Source of the DNA: Eledone cirrhosa
Taxonomy: Eukaryota
Assembly (NCBI GenBank): GCA_964016885.1
Contig: OZ024740.1
Span: 279,434,001-279,498,000 of the forward strand
Reading direction: 5' to 3'
Length of the DNA: 64,000 bases
Shown here piece by piece: positions 51,973 through 63,941 of this stretch (position 1 is the stretch's first letter; every line of letters starts with the position of its first letter). The notes beneath the pieces were generated by a model. It did not search any database, had not been told where the DNA came from, and saw only the letters and a list, made by a program, of their open reading frames with translations. A program made the position numbers and the translations under genes.

Positions 51973-53591
51973 TCCATTTTTTATTTGCGTGATCCATTTT
52001 TTTATTTGGGTGATCCATTTTTTATTTGGGGGATCCATTTTTTATTTGGGTGATCCATTTTTTATTTGGGTCATCCATTTTTTATTTGGAGGATCCATTT
52101 TTTATTTGGGTGACCCATTTTTTATTTGGGGGATCCATTTTTTATTTGGGTGATCCATTTTTTATTTGAATGATCCATTTTTTTATTTGGGTGATCCATT
52201 TTTTATTTGGGGGATCCATTTTTTATTTGGGTGATGCATTTTTTATTTGGGGGATCCATTTTTTATTTGGGTGATCCATTTTTTATTTGGGTGATCCATT
52301 TTTTATTGGGGGGATCCATTTTTTATTTGGGTGATCCATTTTTTATTTGAGTGATCCATTCTTTATTTGAGGTATCCATTTTTTACTTGGGTGATTCATT
52401 TTTCATTTGGGTGATCCATTTTTTATTTGGGGGATCCATTTTTTATTTGGGCGATCCATTTTTTATTTGGCTGATCTAGTTTTTATTTGGGTGATCCATT
52501 TTTTATTTGGGTGATACATTTTTTATTTGGGGGATCCATTTTTTATTTGGGGGATCCATTTTTTATTTGGGTAATCCATTTTTTATTTGGGTGATCCATT
52601 TTTTATGTTTTGGATCCATTTTTTATTTGGGTGATCCATTTTTTATTTGGGTGATCCATTTTTTATTTGGGTGATCCATTTTTTATTTGGAGGATCCATT
52701 TTTTATTTGGGTGATCGAATTTTTATTTGGAGGATGCATTTTTTATTTGGGTGATCCATTTTTTATTTGGGTGATCAATTTTTTATTTGGGGGATCCATT
52801 TTTTATTTGGGTGATCCATTTTTTATTTGGGTGTCCATTTTTTATTTGGGTGATCCATTTTTTATTTGGGGGATCCATTTTTTATTTGGGGGATCCATTT
52901 TTTATTTGGGTGATCCATTTTTTATTTGGGGGATCCATTTTTATTTGGGTGATCCATTTTTTATTTGGGTGATCCATTTTTTATTTGGGGGATCCATTTT
53001 TTATTTGGGTGTTCCATTTGTTATTTGGGTGATCCATTTTTTTGGGGGGGTCCATTTTTTATTTGGGTGATCCATTTTTTATTTGGGGGATCCATTTTTT
53101 ATTTGGGGGATCCATTTTTTATTTGGGTGATCCATTTTTTATTTGGGGATCCATTTTTTATTTGGGCGATCCATTTTTTATTTGGGTGATCCATTTTTTA
53201 TTTGGCGGATCCATTTTTTATTTGGGGAGCCATTTTTTATTTGGGGATCCATTTTTTATTTGGGTGATCCATTTTTTATTTGGGGGATCCATTTTTTATT
53301 TGGGGGATCCATTTTTTATTTGGGGGATGCATTTTTTACTTGGGTGATCCATTTTTTATTTGGGGAACCAGTTTTAATTTGGGTGATCCATTTTTTATTT
53401 GGGGGATCCATTTTTTATTTGGGTGATCCATTTTTTATTTTGAGGATCCAGTTTATATTTGGGGGATCCATTTTTTATTTGGGGGATCCATTTTTTATTT
53501 GGGTGTTTCATTTTTTATTTGGGTGATCCATTTTTTATTTGGGGGATCCATTTTTTATTTGGATGATCCATTTTTTATTTGGGAGCTCCAT

Positions 53592-53766
53592 CAAATAAAA
53601 AATGGATCCCCCAAATAAAAAATGGATCCCTCAAATAAAAAATGGATCACCCAAATAAAAAATGGATCACCCAAATAAAAAATGTATCCCCAAATAAAAA
53701 ATGGATCCCCCAAATATAAAATGGATCCCCCAAATAAAAAATGGATCACCCAAATAAAAAAAGGGA
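53592..53766 (-). repeat. Inverted block 12 of the 20-bp satellite
   Basis: J1 entry (variant GGGAGCTCCATC), J2 exit. Confidence 0.95.
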
Positions 53767-54830
53767 TCCATTTTTTATTTGGGTGATCCATTTTTTTATT
53801 TGGGTGATTCATTTTTTATTTGGGGGATCCATTTTTTATTTGGGTGATCCATTTTTTATTTGGGTGATCCATTTTTTATTTGGGGGATCCATTTTTTATT
53901 TGGGTGATCCATTTTTTATTTGGGGGATCCATTTTTTATTTGGGCGATCCATTTTTTATTTGGGTGATCCATTTTTTATTTGGGGGATCCATTTTTTATT
54001 TGGGTGATCCATTTTTTATTTGGGTGATCCATTTTTTATTTGGGGGCCCATTTTTTATTTGGGTGATCCATTTTTTATTTGAATGATCCATTTTTTTATT
54101 TGGGTGATCCATTTTTTATTTGGGTGATCCATTTTTTATTTGGGGGATCCATTTTTTATTTGGGTGATCCATTTTTTATTTGGGGGATCCATTTTTTATT
54201 TGGGTGATCCATTTTTTATTTGAGTGATCCATTCTTTATTTGAGGGATCCATTTTTTATTTGGGTGATTCATTTTTCATTTGGGTGATCCATTTTTTATT
54301 TGGGGGATCCATTTTTTATTTGGGCGATCCATTTTTTATTTGGCTGATCCAGTTTTTATTTGGGTGATCCATTTTTTATTTGGGTGATACATTTTTTATT
54401 TGGGGGATCCATTTTTTATTTGGGTGATCCATTTTTTATTTGGGTGATCCATTTTTTATTTGGGTGATCCATTTTTTATTTGGAGGATCCATTTTTTATT
54501 TGGGGATCCATTTTTTATTTGGGGATACATTTTTTATTTGGGTGATCCATTTTTTATTTGGGGGATCCACTTTTTATTTGGGGGATCCATTTTTTATTTG
54601 GGGGATCCATTTTTTACTTGGGTGATCCATTTTTTATTTGGGGGAACCAGTTTTAATTTGGGTGATCCATTTTTTATTTGGGGGATCCATTTTTTATTTG
54701 GGTGATCCATTTTTTATTTTGAGGATCCAGTTTATATTTGGGGGATCCATTTTTTATTTGGGGGATCCATTTTTTATTTGGGGGATCCATTTTTTATTTG
54801 GATGATCCATTTTTTATTTGGGAGATCCAT

Positions 54831-55084
54831 CAAATAAAAAATGGATCCCCCAAATAAAAAATGGATCCCTCAAATAAAAAATGGATCCCCCAAATAAAAA
54901 ATGGATCCCTCAAATAAAAAATGGATCACCCAAATAAAAAATGGATCACCCAAATAAAAAATGTATCCCCAAATAAAAAATGGATCCCCCAAATATAAAA
55001 TGGATCCCACAAATAAAAAATGGATCACCCAAATAAAAAATGGATCCCCCAAATAAAAAATGGATCACCCAAATAAAAAAGGGA
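54831..55084 (-). repeat. Inverted block 13 of the 20-bp satellite
   Basis: J1 entry, J2 exit. Confidence 0.95.
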
Positions 55085-55748
55085 TCCATTTTTTATTTGG
55101 GTGATCCATTTTTTTATTTGGGTGATTCATTTTTTATTTGGGGGATCCATTTTTTATTTGGGTGATCCATTTTTTATTTGGGTGATCCATTTTTTATTTG
55201 GGGGATCCATTTATTATTTGGGTGATCCATTTTTTATTTGGGGGTTCCATTTTGTATTTGGGTGATCCATTTTTTATTTGAGCGATCCATTCTTTATTTG
55301 AGTGTTCCATTTTTTATTTGGGTGATCCATTTTTTATTTTGGTGATCCATTTTTTATTTGGGGGATCCATTTTTTATTTGGGCGATCCATTTTTTATTTG
55401 GGTGATCCATTTTATATTTGGGGGATCCATTTTTTATTTGGGTGATCCATTTTTTATTTGGGTGATCCATTTTTTATTTGTGGGCCCATTTTTTATTTGG
55501 GTGATCCATTTTTTATTTGGGGGATCCATTTTTTATTTGGGCGATCCATTTTTTATTTGGCTGATCCATTTTTTATTTGGGTGATCCATTTTTTATTTGG
55601 GGGATCCATTTTTTATTTGGGTGATCCATTTTTTATTTGGGTGAGCCATTTTTTATTTGGGGGATCCATTTTTTATTTGGGTGATCCATTTTTTATTTGG
55701 GTGATCCATTTGTTATTTGGGAATCCATTTTTTATTTGGGAGATCCAT

Positions 55749-55942
55749 CAAATAAAAAATGGATCCCCCAAATAAAAATCGGATCACCATATAAAAAATG
55801 GATCACCCAAATAAAAAATGGATCCCCCAAATAAAAAATGGATCACCCAAATAAAAACTGGATCCCCCAAATAAAAAATAGATCACCCAAATAGATAATG
55901 TATCACCCAAATAAAAAATGGATCCGCCAAATAAAAAAGGGA
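55749..55942 (-). repeat. Inverted block 14 of the 20-bp satellite
   Basis: J1 entry, J2 exit. Confidence 0.95.
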
Positions 55943-56620
55943 TCCATTTTTTATTTGGGTGATCCATTTTTTATTTGGGGGATCCATTTTTTATTTGGGT
56001 GATCTATTTTTTATTTGGGTGATTCATTTTTTATTTGGGTGATCCATTTTTTATTTGGGTGATCCATTTTTTATTTGGAGGATCCATTTTTTATTTGGGT
56101 GATCCATTCTTTATTTGGGTGATCCATTTTTTATTTGTGGGATCCATTTTTTATTTGGGTGATCCATTTTTCATTTGAATGATCCATTTTTTATTTGGAT
56201 GATCCATTTTTTTGGGGGGAGATCCATTTTTTATTTGGGTGATCCATTTTTTATTTGGGGGATCCATTTTTTATTTAGGTGATCCATTTTTTATTTGGGT
56301 GATCCATTTTTTATTTGGGGGATCCATTTTTTATTTGGGTGATCCATTTTTTATTTGGGGGATCCATTTTTTATTTGGAGGATCATTTTTTATTTGGGAG
56401 ATCCATTTTTTATTTGGGGGGATCTATTTTTTATTTGGGTGATCCATTTTTTATTTGGGTGATCCATTTTTTATTTGGTGGATCCATTTTTTATTTGGGA
56501 GATCCATTTTTATTTGGGGGTCCATTTTTTTGGGGGTGATCCATTTTCCATTTGGGTGATCCATTTTGTATTTGGGTGATCCATTTTTTATTTGAGGGAT
56601 CCATTTTTTATTTGATGGTT

Positions 56621-57638
56621 CTCCCAAATAAAAAATGGATCACCCAAATAAAAAAATTGATACCCCAAATAAAAAATGGATCACCCAAATAAAAAATGGA
56701 TCACCCAAATAAAAAATAGATCCCCCAAATAAAAAATGGATCCTCCAAATAAAAATGGATCCCCCAAATAAAAAATGGATCACTCAAATAAAAAATGGAA
56801 CACCCAAATAAAAAATGGATCCCCCAAATAAAAAATGGATCCCCCAAATAAAAAATGGATCACCCAAATAAAAAATGGATCCCCCAAATAAAAAATGGAT
56901 CACCCAAATAAAAACTGGATCCCCCAATTAAAAAATGGATCACCCAAATAAAAACTGGATCCCCCAAATAAAAAATGGAGCCCCCAAATAAAAAATGGAT
57001 CACCCAAATAAAAAATGGATCCCCCAAATAAAAAATGGATCACCCAAATAAAAACTGGATCCCCCAAATAAAAAATGGATCACCCAAATAAAAAATGGAT
57101 CCCCCTAATAAAAAATGGATCACCCAAATAAAAAATGGATCCCCCAAATAAAAAATGGATCCCCCAAATAAAAAATGGATCCCCCAAATAAAAAATGGAT
57201 CCCCCAAATAAAAAATGGATCCCCAAATAAAAAATGGATCACCCAAATAAAAAATGGATCACCCAAATAAAAAATGGATCACCCAAATAAAAAATGGATC
57301 GCCCAAATAAAAAAAGATCCTAGCAAATAAAAAATGGATCACCCAAATACAAAATGGATCACGCAAATAAAAAATGGATCCCCCAAATAAAAAATGGATC
57401 CCTCAAATAAAAAATGGATCCGCCAAATAAAAAATGGATCACCCAAATAAAAAATGGATCACCCAAATAAAAAATGGATCACCCAAATAAAAAATGGATC
57501 GCCCAAATAAAAAATGGATCCCCCAAATAAAAAATGGATAGCCCAAATAAAAAATGGATCCCCCAAATAAAAAATGGATCCCCCAAATAAAAAATGTATC
57601 ACCCAAATAAAAAATTGTTCACCCAAATAAAAAATGGA
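56621..57638 (-). repeat. Inverted block 15 (longest, about 1 kb) of the 20-bp satellite
   Basis: Entry TTTGATGGTTCTCCCAAA is reverse-complement J1; exit ATGGATCCCTTTTTT is reverse-complement J2. Confidence 0.95.
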
Positions 57639-58969
57639 TCCCTTTTTTATTTAGCGGATCCATTTTTTATTTCGGTGATCCATTTTTTATTTGGTGGAAC
57701 CATTTTTAATTTGGGGGATCCATTTTTTATTTGGGTGATCCATTTTTTATTTGGGGGATCCATTTTTTATTTGGGGGATCAATTTTTTATTTGGGTGATC
57801 CATTTTTTATTTGGGGGATCCATTTTTTATTTGGGTGATCGATTTTTTATTTGGGTGATCTATTTTTTATTTGGGGTATCCATTTTTAATTTGGGTGATC
57901 CATTTTTTATTTGCGTGATCCATTTTTTATTTGGGGGATCCATTTTTTATTTGGGTGATCCATTTTTTATTTGGGGGATCCATTTTTTATTTGGGCAATC
58001 CATTTTTTATTTGGGGGATCCATTTTTTATTTGGGGGATCCATTTTTTATTTGGGGGATCCATTTTTTATTTGGGGGATCCATTTTATATTTGGGTGATC
58101 CATTTTTTATTTGGGTGATCCATTTTCTATTTGGGGGATCCATTTTTTATTTGGGGGATCCATTTTTTATTTGGGGGATCCATTTTTTATTTGGGGGTCC
58201 ATTTTTTGGGGGGTGATCCATTTTTTATTTTTTGGATCCATTTTTTATTTGGGTGATCCATTTTTTATTTGGGTGATCCATTTTCTATTTGGGTGATACA
58301 TTTTTTATTTGGGTGATCCATTTTTTATTTGGGTGATCCATTTTTTATTTGTGGGATCCTATTTTTATTTGGGGGTTCCATTTTTTATTTGAGGGATCCA
58401 TTTTTTATTTGGGGGATGCATTTTTTATTTGGGTGATCCATTTTTTATTTGGGGGATCCATTTTTTATTTGGGGGATCCTTTTTTTATTTGGGGGATCCA
58501 TTTTTTATTTGGGGGATCCATTTTATATTTGGGTGATCCATTTTTTATTTGGGTGATCCATTTTTTATTTGGGGGATCCATTTTTTATTTGGGGGATCCA
58601 TTTTTTATTTGGGTGATCCATTTTTTATTTGGGGGATCTATTTTTTATTTGGAGGATTTTTTTTATTTGGGTGATCCATTTTTTATTTGGGGGGATCTAT
58701 TTTTTATTTGGGTGATCCATTTTTTATTTGGGTGATCCATTTTTTATTTGGGTGATCCATTTTTTATTTGATGGATCCATTTTTTATTTGGGGGATCCAT
58801 TTTTTATTTGGGGGTCCATTTTGTTTGGGGTGATCCATTTTCCATTTGGGTGATCCATTTTTTATTTTTTGGATCCATTTTTTATTTGGGCGATCCATTT
58901 TTTATTTGGGTGATCCATTTTTTATTTGGGTGATCCATTTTTTATTTGGGGGTTCCATTTTTTATTTGA

Positions 58970-61900
58970 GGGATCCATTTTTTATTTGGGGGATGCATTT
59001 TTTATTTGGGTGATCCATTTTTTATTTGGGTGATCCATTTTTTATTTGGGGGATCCATTTTGTATTTGGGTGATCCATTTTTTATTTGAGCGATCCATTC
59101 TTTATTTGAGGGTTCCATTTTTTATTTGGGTGATCCATTTTTCATTTTGGTGATCCATTTTTTATTTGGGGGATCCATTTTTTATTTGGGCGATCCATTT
59201 TTTATTTGGGTGATCCATTTTTTATTTGGGGGATCCATTTTTTATTTGGGTGATCCATTTTTTATTTGGGTGATCCATTTTTTATTTGGGGGCCCATTTT
59301 TTATTTGGGTGATCCATTTTTTATTTGAATGATCCATTTTTTTATTTAGGTGATTCATTTTTTATTTGGGGGATCCATTTTTTATTTGGGTGATCCATTT
59401 TTTATTTGGGGGATCCATTTTTTATTTGGGTGATCCATTTTTTATTTGGGTGATCCATTTTTTATTGGGGGGATCCATTTTTTATTTGGGTGATCCATTT
59501 TTTATTTGAGTGATCCATTCTTTATTTGAGGGATCCATTTTTTATTTGGGTGATTCATTTTTCATTTGGGTGATCCATTTTTTATTTGGGGGATCCATTT
59601 TTTATTTGGGCGATCCATTTTTTATTTGGCTGATCCAGTTTTTATTTGGGTGATCCATTTTTTATTTGGGTGATACATTTTTTATTTGGGGGATCCATTT
59701 TTTATTTGGGGGATCCATTTTTTATTTGGGTGATCCATTTTTTATTTGGGTGATCCATTTTTTATTTGGGTGATCAATTTTTTATTTGGGGGATCCATTT
59801 TTTATTTGGGTGATCCATTTTTTATTTGGGTGTCCATTTTTTATTTGGGTGATCCATTTTTTATTTGGGGGATCCATTTTTTATTTGGGGGATCCATTTT
59901 TTATTTGGGTGATCCATTTTTTATTTGGGGGATCCATTTTTATTTGGGTGATCCTTTTTTTATTTGGGTGATCCATTTTTTATTTGGGGGATCCATTTTT
60001 TATTTGGGTGTTCCATTTGTTATTTGGGTGATCCATTTTTTATTTGGGGGTCCATTTTTTATTTGGGTGATCCATTTTTTATTTGGGGGATCCATTTTTT
60101 ATTTGGGGGATCCATTTTTTATTTGGGTGATCCATTTTTTATTTGGGGATCCATTTTTTATTTGGGCGATCCATTTTTTATTTGGGTGATCCATTTTTTA
60201 TTTGGGTGATCCATTTTTTATTTGGCTGATCCATTTTTTATTTGGAGGAGACATTTTTTATTTGGGGATCCATTTTTTATTTGGGGATCCATTTTTTATT
60301 TGGGTGATCCATTTTTTATTTGGGGGATCCATTTTTTATTTGGGGGATCCATTTTTTATTTGGGGGATCCATTTTTTACTTGGGTGATCCATTTTTTATT
60401 TGGGGGAACCAGTTTTAATTTGGGTGATCCATTTTTTATTTGGGGGATCCATTTTTTATTTGGGTGATCCATTTTTTATTTTGAGGATCCAGTTTATATT
60501 TGGGGGATCCATTTTTTATTTGGGGGATCCATTTTTTATTTGGGGGATGCATTTTTTATTTGGGTGATCCATTTTTTATTTGGGTGATCCATTTTTTATT
60601 TGGGGGATCCATTTTGTATTTGGGTGATCCATTTTTTATTTGAGCGATCCATTCTTTATTTGAGGGTTCCATTTTTTATTTGGGTGATCCATTTTTCATT
60701 TTGGTGATCCATTTTTTATTTGGGGGATCCATTTTTTATTTGGGCGATCCATTTTTTATTTGGGTGATCCATTTTTTATTTGGGGGATCCATTTTTTATT
60801 TGGGTGATCCATTTTTTATTTGGGTGATCCATTTTTTATTTGGGGGCCCATTTTTTATTTGGGTGATCCATTTTTTATTTGAATGATCCATTTTTTTATT
60901 TAGGTGATTCATTTTTTATTTGGGGGATCCATTTTTTATTTGGGTGATCCATTTTTTATTTGGGGGATCCATTTTTTATTTGGGTGATCCATTTTTTATT
61001 TGGGTGATCCATTTTTTATTGGGGGGATCCATTTTTTATTTGGGTGATCCATTTTTTATTTGAGTGATCCATTCTTTATTTGAGGGATCCATTTTTTATT
61101 TGGGTGATTCATTTTTCATTTGGGTGATCCATTTTTTATTTGGGGGATCCATTTTTTATTTGGGCGATCCATTTTTTATTTGGCTGATCCAGTTTTTATT
61201 TGGGTGATCCATTTTTTATTTGGGTGATACATTTTTTATTTGGGGGATCCATTTTTTATTTGGGGGATCCATTTTTTATTTGGGTGATCCATTTTTTATT
61301 TGGGTGATCCATTTTTTATGTTTTGGATCCATTTTTTATTTGGGTGATCCATTTTTTATTTGGGTGATCCATTTTTTATTTGGGTGATCCATTTTTTATT
61401 TGGAGGATCCATTTTTTATTTGGGTGATCGAATTTTTATTTGGAGGATGCATTTTTTATTTGGGTGATCCATTTTTTATTTGGGTGATCAATTTTTTATT
61501 TGGGGGATCCATTTTTTATTTGGGTGATCCATTTTTTATTTGGGTGTCCATTTTTTATTTGGGTGATCCATTTTTTATTTGGGGGATCCATTTTTTATTT
61601 GGGGGATCCATTTTTTATTTGGGTGATCCATTTTTTATTTGGGGGATCCATTTTTATTTGGGTGATCCATTTTTTATTTGGGTGATCCATTTTTTATTTG
61701 GGGGATCCATTTTTTATTTGGGTGTTCCATTTGTTATTTGGGTGATCCATTTTTTATTTGGGGGTCCATTTTTTATTTGGGTGATCCATTTTTTATTTGG
61801 GGGATCCATTTTTTATTTGGGGGATCCATTTTTTATTTGGGTGATCCATTTTTTATTTGGGGATCCATTTTTTATTTGGGCGATCCATTTTTTATTTGGG

Positions 61901-62220
61901 TGATCCATTTTTTATTTGGGTGATCCATTTTTTATTTGGGTGATCCATTTTTTATTTGGAGGAGACATTTTTTATTTGGGGATCCATTTTTTATTTGGGG
62001 ATCCATTTTTTATTTGGGTGATCCATTTTTTATTTGGGGGATCCATTTTTTATTTGGGGGATCCATTTTTTATTTGGGGGATCCATTTTTTACTTGGGTG
62101 ATCCATTTTTTATTTGGGGGAACCAGTTTTAATTTGGGTGATCCATTTTTTATTTGGGGGATCCATTTTTTATTTGGGTGATCCATTTTTTATTTTGAGG
62201 ATCCAGTTTATATTTGGGGG
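58970..62220. repeat. Tandem higher-order duplication in array B, period about 1.55-1.71 kb
   Basis: Identical pseudo-ORFs at 59126/60680 (offset 1554) and near-identical ones at 60222/61936 (offset 1714). Shared GGAGGAGACATT variant at about 60244/61958. Confidence 0.85.
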
Positions 62221-62346
62221 ATCCATTTTTTATTTGGGGGATCCATTTTTTATTTGGGTGTTTCATTTTTTATTTGGGTGATCCATTTTTTATTTGGGGG
62301 ATCCATTTTTTATTTGGATGATCCATTTTTTATTTGGGAGATCCAT

Positions 62347-62560
62347 CAAATAAAAAATGGATCCCCCAAATAAAAAATGGATCCCTCAAATAAAAAATGG
62401 ATCACCCAAATAAAAAATGGATCACCCAAATAAAAAATGTATCCCCAAATAAAAAATGGATCCCCCAAATATAAAATGGATCCCACAAATAAAAAATGGA
62501 TCACCCAAATAAAAAATGGATCCCCCAAATAAAAAATAGATCACCCAAATAAAAAAGGGA
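62347..62560 (-). repeat. Inverted block 16 of the 20-bp satellite
   Basis: J1 entry, J2 exit; paralogous to block 13 (identical pseudo-ORFs at 54870/62346). Confidence 0.95.
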
Positions 62561-63224
62561 TCCATTTTTTATTTGGGTGATCCATTTTTTTATTTGGGTG
62601 ATTCATTTTTTATTTGGGGGATCCATTTTTTATTTGGGTGATCCATTTTTTATTTGGGTGATCCATTTTTTATTTGGGGGATCCATTTTTTATTTGGGTG
62701 ATCCATTTTTTATTTGGGGGATCCATTTTGTATTTGGGTGATCCATTTTTTATTTGAGCGATCCATTCTTTATTTGAGGGTTCCATTTTTTATTTGGGTG
62801 ATCCATTTTTTATTTTGGTGATCCATTTTTTATTTGGGGGATCCATTTTTTATTTGGGCGATCCATTTTTTATTTGGGTGATCCATTTTTTATTTGGGGG
62901 ATCCATTTTTTATTTGGGTGATCCATTTTTTATTTGGGTGATCCATTTTTTATTTGGGGGCCCATTTTTTATTTGGGTGATCCATTTTTTTATTGGGCGA
63001 TCCATTTTTTATTTGGCTGATCCATTTTTTATTTGGGTGATCCATTTTTTATTTGGGGGATCCATTTTTTATTTGGGTGATCCATTTTTTATTTGGGTGA
63101 GCCATTTTTTATTTGGGGGATCCATTTTTTATTTGGGTGATCCATTTTTTATTTGGGTGATCCATTTTTTATTTGGGAATCCATTTTTTATTTGGGTGAT
63201 CCATTTTTTATTTGGGAGATCCAT

Positions 63225-63418
63225 CAAATAAAAAATGGATCCCCCAAATAAAAATCGGATCACCATATAAAAAATGGATCACCCAAATAAAAAATGGATC
63301 CCCCAAATAAAAAATGGATCACCCAAATAAAAACTGGATCCCCCAAATAAAAAATGGATCACCCAAATAGATAATGTATCCCCCAAATAAAAAATGGATC
63401 CGCCAAATAAAAAAGGGA
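63225..63418 (-). repeat. Inverted block 17 of the 20-bp satellite
   Basis: J1 entry, J2 exit; shares the AAAATCGGATCACCATAT variant with blocks 11 and 14. Confidence 0.95.
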
Positions 63419-63941
63419 TCCATTTTTTATTTGGGTGATCCATTTTTTATTTGGGGGATCCATTTTTTATTTGGGTGATCTATTTTTTATTTGGGTGATT
63501 CATTTTTTATTTGGGTGATCCATTTTTTATTTGGGTGATCCATTTTTTATTTGGAGGATCCATTTTTTATTTGGGTGATCCATTTTTTATTTGGGTGATC
63601 CATTTTTTATTTGTGGGATCCATTTTTTATTTGGGTGATCCATTTTTTATTTGAATGATCCATTTTTTATTTGGATGATCCATTTTTTTGGGGGAGATCC
63701 ATTTTTTATTTGGGTGATCCATTTTTTATTTGGGGGATCCATTTTTTATTTGGGTGATCCATTTTTTATTTGGGTGATCCATTTTTTATTTGGGGGATCC
63801 ATTTTTTATTTGGGTGATCCATTTTTTATTTGGGGGATCCATTTTTTATTTGGAGGATCATTTTTTATTTGGGTGATCCATTTTTTATTTGGGGGATCCA
63901 TTTTTTATTTGGATGATCCATTTTTTATTTGGGAGATCCAT

